Shown here: positions 41,646-52,206 of the stretch, piece after piece
How positions within the stretch are numbered: the first letter of the stretch is position 1
How the letters are laid out: the number at the start of each line of letters is the position of its first letter
DNA from: Vermamoeba vermiformis
Lineage: Eukaryota
Direction: 5' to 3'
NCBI GenBank assembly: GCA_045837725.1
Contig: JBEWZL010000282.1
Location: 186,001 to 250,000, forward strand
DNA length: 64,000 nt
The notes under the pieces: generated by a model
The model's database searches: none
What the model saw: the letters and a program-made list of their open reading frames with translations, nothing else
Told to the model about the DNA's origin: nothing
Position numbers and translations under genes: made by a program

Positions 41646-42312
41646 CTAGGATTGGCTGCTTAACGACTTGCTGCTTTCGCTTTCGCTGTTTTCCTTTTCG
41701 TCTTTATTCTCCGCTCCTTCTTCGTCTTCATTCAACGTTCTAATCCAATCGATTAGCTTTCGTTCTAGATCTTTCCATCCATGCACTCGAGGAATACAGT
41801 TCAGATAAAGACTAAGGGTGCTAGGGCTGTCAACCATGTTAGATGTGATCTCATTTAGCGAGTATTTAATTAATATCAGTCTTTTCGCGACGATCCTAAT
41901 TTATAATAATAATAAATTATTACCTAACGCCGAGAGCTTCCGATATATCCCGCTGCAGCATCTTTTTATTCTCTAAGATCCATTTAATCGCTATTAACAG
42001 AGTTTTATGAGGTAATTTGCTATTTGGCGGCTTTGTTGCGACAGGGTCCAAGTCGTATACTGATTTGATATCGAAATCCGATGGGACTTCGACGTTTTCC
42101 TCTTCTTTGCCTGATGAATTTTGGGGATCGCTAGATCCGTCGTAAACTTCCAAGTGCAATGACTCGGATCGATCTTGAATATTATTGGAATTTAATTGAT
42201 GCGCATCTGAGCTATTGTTCGTGTCGACAGACGACGTCCTAAACTTTTTCCATTGTGTTGGGATAATATAATCAGAAAATTCAAGAAGCGTCTCTGGTGC
42301 TTTTCGCTTCAT
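41646..42312 (-). CDS. KRKAPETLLEF-family putative HTH protein, copy 5
   Basis: Two exons; QRDISEALGVSPSTLSLYLN...GWKDLERKLIDW; acidic tail. Confidence 0.82.
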
Positions 42313-43279
42313 TTTATAATGAAACTATTAATAAATACATCAATGGTCGAGTCCACTCTCGTTGATTGCAAGTGTTCGAGAGAAGGAAATACGCAACAAA
42401 AAGCTCCGGTAGTTTGACCATAAAAGGAATAGGTGACTGTCGGTTTACCTTAACAATCAATCTTCGATTAGAAGAGCACAAAAGGAATAAGTATCTTGGT
42501 TTTGAATAAGTATAGTTACAACAGTGCTTGTAGTCGCAACGAGGTAACTTTGCTGTCGTTTACAAATCTTACCTTTTTTGGCTTAATCTTGGTCAATTTA
42601 ACGTTACCTGTTATCTAATTTGCTGAATTTGCCACTCATCGCAACGGGTTTTTTATTGCGCGCGGATGACCAAAGCGCTGATTCAGTAGTTGTTTTTAAT
42701 AGATCCAGTCTTGACTCGTCAAATTCCCAAGCTATGAGCATAAATGGGCTATACTTCTGATATTTGGTTACAATTCATCAATTTAACGCTGGATACAATT
42801 AATATTGCGGTAGTGCGGAGGAGACTAGGGGCACGTCTCCAAGCCTCTTTCAACGAAACGACAACAGATCGGCGAAACACGGCAATCTTTTTAATTTAAT
42901 CAATTCAGTGTTTTGAATCGAAAATGGTCTTTTCCTGAGCAGATCCATTGCCCAAATATGGAAAAATCAATGTGACGAAGATTTTGTCTCTTTGCCATTC
43001 ACAACTCCGAAATTACCCGTCCTAATGCACCATTCTTTAATATTTAACGTTCTTACATTCGTTTCCTCATTCACTGAACAAACCTTACTGTTGTAGCTGC
43101 ATTTGCCTATATAAGGCCAGCGTTCTCAAATTGAAATCTACCATCGCGCGAAGCATACCGCGTACCGGAAGAAAGTTGTTTTGTATTATTGCTAGTGTTC
43201 CCAATGATAGCGGTATTTGTACAAGTCAGGGAACAAATTTCGAAGTCTTTAATTAACGCTATTTATTAAGTACACCAGC

Positions 43280-44550
43280 TCATACTTTTTGGTCTTTAAC
43301 AGCCTCGACATATTCATCAATAATTACAGGCCCTAAGACAGACAAAGCGGTTAGTTTCGCCGTTAATTGAAACGCGTGCAGATCTATTTATCAAGGAGTC
43401 GCAATCACTTACAAGCACTATCTTCCGTGTAATCACTCAGATCTGCAGCAATAGAGTGCGCAAAATCGAAAAACATCTTCCATTGATCAATATTGACCAC
43501 TTTATACGTCGTTTGCTGTATTAAGATGCAATATTAGACCGACGGATCAACAATTCAGAATTTCATCTAAATTAGTCTTACTATTTTTAAAAACTTAGCG
43601 AATCGCTTAGCATGGGAGTTATTAGGCAATAGAAGTAGCAGCAATGACTCCGACGTGTCCAGATCTAGCGAGGATTAGGCACAAACGCGCGGAAACCATG
43701 ACAATCCGTTACACGCGGATTAATAGCACTTACCTATTGACTTTTGTTCTTCTTTCTCTTTAGCAAAGTCAAATGCGTAGATGTACACCTCCCGTAGTGT
43801 TGATTTATCTTTCAGTTCGTTGCGGAGCGCATCCAACTTGTCTCGTAACTTGTCGACACTATCAACTCTGGAGCATGAATTAATATTAATGTATAGATAC
43901 ATATAGTTATTCGATGGAATAGAATACTTACTGCATTCCTGTCATGCCCTCAATAAATTCTTCTCTACTGAAAAAGCCCATCCGGCTTGCCTTCAGCTTC
44001 CAAGCCAGAACTAATAGTGCGATCTTGAATATTATCAATCAGTAAGTCGCATTTCATTGAAAGAGAATGTTATAGGTCCCTTACGTCCTCAGCGGGTACA
44101 TTCAGATCTTGACAAAGTCGTTCCATATTTACAGGACCAATTTGGTCTTCATCTTCGTCTATATTAAATTCAAAAGTGTTCAATATGAGCCCTTGATACG
44201 CAAACAAGTGCAAGAATGACTTTTTGGCGCGATCCACCTACCTTTGTATTCCTCGAAGAATTTGTTCAGTTTCGTCTTAGTGAATTTTGAAGTATCTTTA
44301 GCTTTTGATTTTGGCGCGGTTGTACGTTGTTTCTTTGTCTTTGGTGCCTCATCTTCGACCTCTGCGAGAAAATAAATTAATTTGCGTCGAAAAATTATTA
44401 AAAATAACTATTGCTTGCCTTCTTCCTCCTCAACCTTCTTTCTCTTGGATGCTATTCATCAAAATTAATTTCAATCAATACAAAATTCAACAGACTGTCA
44501 AAAAGGGGGATCCAACAACTAAACGTACCTCTAGTATTTCTCTTCGACAT
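43280..44550 (-). CDS. DCN1-like cullin neddylation protein (DCUN1D4/5 type, basic N-terminus)
   Basis: LCQDLNV, LVLAWKL, FSREEF, YIYAFDFAK, DQWKMF, DSAWPVIIDEYV. Confidence 0.88.
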
Positions 44551-44705
44551 TTTGGTTATTATATGATAATACTATTATTAGTCAATAGTACTTGAGGCCT
44601 TTTGTCACCGACACAGAAGTGAATATTGAAAAGAAAACTTTCGTCTTTTTTTGCTGATGAACGTCAAATAGCACAAGAACTATTTGATGCGAAATAAAAT
44701 TAAAT

Positions 44706-47700
44706 ATGAAGCGGCAACGATTTAAGGTGAGGCCTGATACGAATATCTTGCTTTTACGATCCGCAATCACTTCTCCTCAAAAAATAATATCAAATGATTT
44801 TATTACAACTATTATGATTATTAAATTGATACTTGACGCTTATACTGTTATAATTATAGTTTGTCCTATTTTTTTCAATTTTTTGATTTAAATTTAATTA
44901 GCAAAACGCGGCACCAGCGCCAGCAGCGAAGAAAGGAGCCAACAGACCGCAAACCAATAAGAAAGATGAGGCTAAATTAACTTTATTAGAAGACCCACGA
45001 TTAACACTCGCATTATTCTTCTTTATTTGTGGCGGCATCTACTTCGTCTTTGGATCAGCTCCCTTTAGAATGATTGGTTATTGGACTGGTATTAGTGACC
45101 CTCATTTGCCTCATTTTGCAAAAGGTACGTACTAAATACGATGCATGGAGCTCCAGCATCTTCTACAAATTGTCAGTTCTAACGAGATATCAGATGTCCA
45201 AGGCTTACCAGAGCCATCACCTGATTGGCCCAATTTTTCAGCAAACCACAAATCATCATTTTTGTGGGGCACATGGCGGCCAGCAGCCTACTGTGGTGTG
45301 CGGACACGTGTCGGAGAAGATGCGTTGATCGGTGGTCTTATGTGGGGTGTGCCTATCTACCAGCAGTACCGTACGTACAACATCATGTATATTTATCATA
45401 TAAGACTGGCAAGTACTGAACAATTAATGGGTTAGGCTTGAGACATTTAGCCAAGTCTGAAGAGGACGTTGGTTACAAGTGGCACATGCACAACGGTCGA
45501 GACTTTGGATTGCAGTCACTGAACGACACTAAGGGCGATGTACACATTAATACCACGTGGATTAAATTCAATGCTGATAACAAATATGGTACGAAATAGC
45601 TTTGACAACTTGCTTTTGAGTGCTAATTGTGCTGCATAGGCGGAGATTGGGTCCTCCGTATTAACGTCGAAAGAAAGTCCTCGCGCATGCCTGTGGATTT
45701 GTACTATTACTTTGGCCTTGAGCACGCTGTAGCCGGTGAAATTTCACCGTCAATGTTGCCCTCAGCCACTGAAAATTACTTCTCATTGACCGGATCCACT
45801 CCTTCTACAAACAACTTTTTGTTGTCCGTATTTGATAGTAAGTCCTCATTGTTGATTAATATTGCGTTATGTTTATATATTAACGATGTTATTAGGCTCA
45901 ACAAAGTCGAGTACAAACTACGCTGGAGTCTCGATCCCGGAAGTCTGGACTATTGAGAACAAAATTCCATTGTACTACGACGAGCGACAAGGCATTAAAC
46001 TACGCACTGGCGCTACACACGACAGCAACACTTTTGTCGTGCAGAAGACCGCTGTAGCCCCTTTCTCGGTACGTGTTAGGACCTCCATCTAGCGCATTAA
46101 CCAACATTTTTTTTAACCACAGATCGATATCGTATTCACATCCGATATAATTAATCGATTTAAAACCGAAGAAGAGGCTAAGAAATTCCAAGAAAAGTTA
46201 ATAGGTACGCGACTTGATTTTGACAGTAGGCGGATCTGAGAGCCGTAATAATAATCATGGTGACGCAGATGAACTGCCAAAGTCCATTGAACAACGCACC
46301 GCAGAATTCGATGCCAAATTCAACAAAGTTTTCCCGTTGAAAGTCAATAACATGACTGAAGGCCACACTCGATTTGCCAAAGTCGCGCTGAGTAACTTGC
46401 TTGGCGGTATCGGGTAAGTACATTTTATTAAACCTTCAAACCATATAAATATAATGGTATTTAGATACTTCTATGGTCGTAATCGAATCTACAAGCCTCC
46501 CGCAAATGAAGGAGAACAGCCCTGGTACTTCTCGGAACAAAAGTAAGGCGGAAAAATATGAGGTGAACGATGATTGGTCGTAACACAGTATTTCCTTTTT
46601 AGGGAATTATTTACAGGAACGCCAAGCAGAGCCTACTTCCCTCGTGGATTTTGGTGGGACGAAGGATTCCATCAATTAATTATCAGCAAATGGGACGACG
46701 ATTTAAGCCGTGACATGATCTCGAGTTGGCTGAATGTCATGGAGAAGAACGGTTGGATCCCACGTGAACAAATCTTGGGCAGTGAGGCTGAGAGTCGGGT
46801 ACGTCAAACATTGCAAAAATTTTTCACACCGCACTTCGATTGACACGTGTCCATGTGCTGCAGGTCCCCGCGGAGTTTATCATTCAATATCCCACGCACG
46901 CCAATCCTCCAGCCATGTTCATGACCATTGACAACATGCTCGAGGCCAGAAAAGGAAAGTTGACCAAAGAAGACCGCGAGTGGTTCAAAGGTACGCCGTT
47001 CAAATGTCCTACTCGACCACGTGTCTAATTCCATATAAGGTGTTTTGACTAAACTCGCGCATCACTTCCAATGGTTCATGAACTCGCAACACGGCATCAA
47101 GACGAACACGTTTGGCTGGCAAGGTTCGAAGGGCAATCACACTCTTGCCTCGGGTCTGGACGATTATCCTCGCTTTGCAGTGCGTTCAGACTTTGAAGAA
47201 CACGTGGACTTGACGACTTGGCTCGTGGTAGCTTCAAGGACGTTGAACAAATTGTCACGTGTTCTCGTGCCTGAAAAGGAAATTGAGGCGTACGACGTGA
47301 TCGGTCGCATTCTTGCAAGAAACATCCAACGTAAGGGCTTACATTATTCACCCATCATATCTTAATACCTATATTAGGTCGCTATTGGGACAGTCAAATC
47401 AATGCCTATTGTGATTTTGATGGTCAAAAAGGTAGGTATCCTCGATCCATGTTAGTCGGATCTGATCTGACGTATGTTTAGGTCAATTCTCGGAACACTT
47501 AGGCTATGTAAGCTTGTTCCCGTTCTTGTTCGGATTGGTCGAAGCAGAGTCACCGCGCTTGCAACACATTTACAACATTATGAGTGACCCGGCATTGATG
47601 TACTCGAAGTTCGGTCTCAGATCTCTGTCCAAGTCCGACAGTTGGTACGGCCTTGATGAAAATTACTGGCGTAGTCCGATTTGGATCAATATCAACTACT

Positions 47701-47985
47701 TGGCATTGAAGTAAGTCTATGACAATCAAAACTATTTGAATTTTTTTTTACACTTTTGCTAGGGCGCTATATCAATACGGCGGTGTATATGGACCTTATT
47801 CGGCGCAATTCAGTGAATTATACAAAGATCTACGACACAACGTCATGCACAACATGTATCGCGTGTACAACCGACAAGGTGCAGTGTTTGAGAATTACTC
47901 ACCGGACAATGGAAAAGGCAAAGGACAAGCTCCGTTCGCGGGGTGGAGTTCGTTAGTAGTACTAATTATGTCGGAACAATATTAA
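44706..47985 (+). CDS. MOGS: Mannosyl-oligosaccharide glucosidase I (GH63)
   Basis: Type [65 protein letters not shown]. Confidence 0.95.
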
Positions 47986-48096
47986 AGTGCACTAATATTC
48001 GACAATGCATTTGACGTTTACGACTTCCAGTTGCATCCCGTACTCTGAAGCACAATGATAAATCATTCTATCCTCTTATTTGGGGATTAAGCGCGT

Positions 48097-48395
48097 AAAA
48101 GGCAAAAAAAGAATGCACTCACCGGGAATCGAACCCGGGTCGCCCGCGTGGCAGGCGGACATCATGCCCCTAGACCATGAGTGCCTTGTTGATTTTGCTC
48201 GACGACTTTTTCACGCTACCGACCCGTTGGAGGAACTCAATCCTTGCGCCGTATTTTGTTTGACTTACTCTCAACATGCAGAAGTCATTCGCCAATTTCG
48301 CCAAGTTCAAGTCACGCAACTGAAAGATGTAGTGCGCGTAATGTGCTTGTACGCACTGGTGTACGAGACAAAAGCAGCGAGGTCCTGCCAATCTT
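48097..48395 (-). repeat. Inverted, diverged duplicate of 54190-54548 (DDX55 exon, intron start and tRNA-Gly)
   Basis: Reverse complement aligns with ...tcgctgcttttgtctc...cactacatctttcagttgcgtgactt...ttctgcatgttgagagtaagt...ctccaacgggtcgg...gcaaaatcaacaaggcactc; exon copy has a 1-nt deletion. Confidence 0.9.
48114..48184 (-). tRNA. tRNA-Gly (GCC)
   Basis: 71 nt cloverleaf: GCACTCA/TGAGTGC acceptor stem, anticodon loop CTGCCAC, GGTTCGATTCC B box, downstream T run. Confidence 0.95.
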
Positions 48396-48450
48396 TCGTA
48401 GCACGAGAACAGTGCAACATTACAAATTCCGTTCTGTTATTGATGCATCA

Positions 48451-50585
48451 ATGGACTTTGATACTCTCCCGAATGAGTTGCTCCTTGCTATCTTTTCTGA
48501 AGTTAGCCAAATCAAGCCAATTATAAGTATTTCGCGCGTGTCGAAGAGCTGGAGAAGAGTGTCGTTTGATCCTGCGCTATGGAAGGTAAATTATTTTTAA
48601 TAATTAGGATTTAATCGAAACTCGATCGAGTGTCCAATACCTGTTATTAATAATGGCATTTTAATTGAACAGAAATTTTACCAACGTTATTATCCACTGG
48701 ATCCGTTAGTTCCGTCCGATAACCAGTGGTATCTTGCATTCGTGAACAAACATAAATTATTTCAAGCGATGCGTCATGATAAGTATGTGTCAGCTCAAAT
48801 CTAGATCTCATCTGTATTTTCAAATAGTGCTATAATAATCTTGATTTCTCGTAGCGTTACAATCCGCTCACTATTTTCAAAAGAGAAATTGCTGGACGCG
48901 TTACAAGACTTGTCATTTTCGACTGAAGTGTCCTTGTTTAAAGACACGGTGGTAGTAACACCACAAACATATTCACGCGGGGATGGCTATAATTATTACA
49001 AAGAGCTTGGCTGCCATCTTATTAATTTTAGAACCGAAGAAATGAGGGTAAGGATCCGCATGCGGCTTTATTTCTGTACTCAACACTTTAAACTAGATTC
49101 TCAGTCATGAATACTACGTCAAGGTATATGGAGATTACACAGCATTAATTGTAAGGCAATATCTTCAGTCTACGCTCAAGATCTGGTAGTTTAAATGTTT
49201 GTTTCTAGGATCTCGCGCAAAAAGACCAATCAATCAAAATGACAGTTATTAAGACTCCAAATACCCTCGAGGATATAAACGAATCAGATGTGATCCGAAA
49301 TGAGTACGAGTTAGCAAACACACGCGAGTGGATTTGGAACAGAGATCTCAAAACGCCTTCAATGCTTTATAAAGAAGACCAGGAGTAAGTAATAAGTTAT
49401 AAACATTATATGTGGTCCAATTGCGTCTTCAGCAACTATTTTTTCAACTGGAGTACTGGAGAACGACATCCGCTTTTAAACTTTAAGCGCGGAATGTTGT
49501 ACAAGGATTTAATCATTGAACTCATCGATGATAAAACCGCGAGAGTAATTAAAGATAGTATTGAGCTGCATAGATATGATTTCGAACACAAAATTGAAGC
49601 TGTTTGTACGAACGAGAATTTGGTACGCGTCGGATCTGGTCAGCTTCGTTAATTAATTCTGCTTCTAGATCGCATTCGCTATAGCTAGAGACGAAGTCGT
49701 CCATATTTTTGATATGAAAACCGACCAGCGAACCTCCTTGAAGATCCCGCATCTAACTCCTCATGAACACAGCGTTCGCGAGAGACTTGGCGGAACACTG
49801 CGCGGTGCAATCAAACCTCGATTATACCTGTTCGATGACATACTAGTCATAACATTACATAGCTTGATCTACTTCTACGACATAAACAGAACAAAAGAAT
49901 TGCTCAAGATCTCGTTGCAACTCCGCTGGCCAGTGCATCATGTACTGCGAGTAAGATCCGCTCATTTGTATGAATATATATACTAATTTTATATTAGGCC
50001 TCATCTACTGAATTTATATGCCGTGCCGGTTTGAATATTTTGGTGATTAGAATTGAAGTAGATCCCAATCCGATCAAAATCCTAAAGATGCCGCCAAAAT
50101 CTGATATAACTGTATGTGGATGATATATTATAACTATTTATATAAAACTAACTGCAACAGAAACTGTCAATCAACGGATCCAAATTTAATGCCGAAGTAT
50201 TGGCACTAGACCATACTCCATTCTTAAAATCGTTCTACTTTGTGAATAACGACCGACAGAGGTAGTAATAACGTAATTATAATGTCTTTATTGAACGTCT
50301 AAACTCAGGTTCGGAGTAATTTATAATATCAATTCTGAGGAAGAAGTTAACACGAGAGCGATGGAATTATTTACAATATTACCAAATAAGGAAAGAATAA
50401 CCAGTATTGTTCACTTTAAATGTAAACGGAGTACCATACCTTCGAAAGAGCATGAACAAAGCAAACCGATCCGTGGCCCAGCAATTATTTTCTGCGAGCA
50501 ATTCATGAACGATCGATGGCAATATGCCACGCCTGAACAATGGCCTGATGTCATTATCGATTTTCAACTAAACATTAACAAGTAA
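48451..50585 (+). CDS. F-box protein with divergent C-terminal region
   Basis: N-terminal FDTLPNELLLAIFSEV...ISRVSKSWRRVSFDPALWK; many small exons follow. Confidence 0.75.
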
Positions 50586-50755
50586 CGACGAGTCTAGTGG
50601 ATCCAAGGAATGATAGCTCAGATCTATTGTGACACGTGTCAAACCAAAGTTCCGATGGCACTACCTAACCGTTATATATGCCAAATAAAGCCCTCTTTGA
50701 GTTTTCATTGCACAAAAAGCATTGTTCTAATGACGTTTTATACATGAGTGAAAGG

Positions 50756-51916
50756 CTAGTACAAGTCAAGCTTGCCAGTGACTTGGTCAACAAGATGTTC
50801 AGGTCCTATTAATAGCACAGTAAGTACTCGGCACCTACTCCTATATTAAAGTGGTATCGTACCTGCCACTGCTAATACAGTCGATGTGCCGGCCTCCACT
50901 TGTGTTCGACCCGCGTCTCTGACACGATGCGTCGGCAAGCCCAATTCAATAGCTCTACGCTCTAATTGCTCCCTAAAACAGCGTCCAATCAGTTTAAATC
51001 GATCGTTAATTAACCTCTAATTACATTTGTTCTTTGCCATCAATCTTCACAACCACCTTCTTTTCACCACTGCGCTCCCATTCAGATAACACGCCAGGGC
51101 TCGAACTCAACATTCGCTTGTAGATGCCTTCAGGTATAATAAATATATTAGTATAGTACTTAAGTGTTGTTATTATGTATGGCGTACCTAACGTGCCATG
51201 ACTGCACTGAGCGGCTATTTTTCCGATGCCCATTTTTAAGTCCGCTCGAACACACAACACTAATTTATGACCTGAACTTGAATTCTTATATATTTGTTCC
51301 AATAAATCATCGGAAAATCTAAAACAGAAAAATGAGTTTCGAATAAAAAAATGCTATTTTTGGGATCTGGCTTACATATTAGCAGAAGGCGATGTAAATG
51401 ATTTCTTAGAATTAATGTGCTTGCCAGTGAGCGGCTTATCAATATCGGGGTCATCTCCGTGCTCTAACAGCCAATTCATAGCGGATTCAGCAGACGAGTT
51501 GTCCGTCAGTACGAGCGCCTTAATAACTCTGTTTTCTGGGAACCCCATTTCAACCAAATGTGATAAAAATATTGGATTGACGTCGTATTCTGGTTTACTA
51601 GACTCTTTGTTGTTATTTAACGGAATTTTTGTGTTGCTCGTTGATTTTTCGTTTGAAGGAAGTGACATTTTTAGCGCTTGTGAGAGTTCGTCATCAGAAT
51701 CGTAGTTATTTTCTGGCTTCTATAGTCATAATTAATACGGATATAATATTTAACGTCATAATAAGCGCATGGAATTGAATTCTAATTTTTGAATTTTCCA
51801 AATAAATATTTAAATTAAATCTAGTGCTTGCAAATCGCTAATTTCACGTGAATAAATTCATATAAGCTTATCATTATAATTTAAAATATTATTCGTACTT
51901 CTGGCTTTGGTTCCAT
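50756..51916 (-). CDS. PTH2: Peptidyl-tRNA hydrolase 2 with N-terminal UIM and UBA
   Basis: [65 protein letters not shown]...[11 protein letters not shown]-like [12 protein letters not shown]. Confidence 0.88.
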
Positions 51917-52206
51917 TTCAAAGACTTAAGTCTGTGAGATCTCGGTTGATTACAAATAATTCTTTGGGAAGTTTAGTAGCAGTTGTATATTATAGTTAGA
52001 AAGGCTGTGTTGCTTTACTAACAAAATGTGATTAGCTGAATGGCGAAAAAAGAAATTTCATACGCCGCTATTTACCAGGGCTCAAAACAGGATCAGATCT
52101 GTTTGCGCTGGCGACTAATTATTGCTTGTTATTACTGTAATAGATCTACACGTTTCAAGATTCGACCGAACGTATTTTTGCTTTTTTAAAATACGAATCT
52201 TGAATA

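Noticed and set aside
24449-42312. HTH family as transposon or prophage remnants
   Set aside because: No transposase, integrase or ATPase domain, and no terminal repeats seen; the genes have conserved spliceosomal introns and synonymous divergence. An ancient mobile-element origin of the domain is not excluded
48080-48526. Similar ORFs 48080-48526(+) and 54217-54594(-) containing [14 protein letters not shown]
   Set aside because: They are antisense translations of tRNA-Gly and the duplicated DDX55 exon, not proteins
51319-51424. Possible GC-AG intron (G|GCAAGC) after the UBA domain of PTH2
   Set aside because: It gives the wrong frame; the downstream AT|GTAAGC donor restores the PTH2 frame
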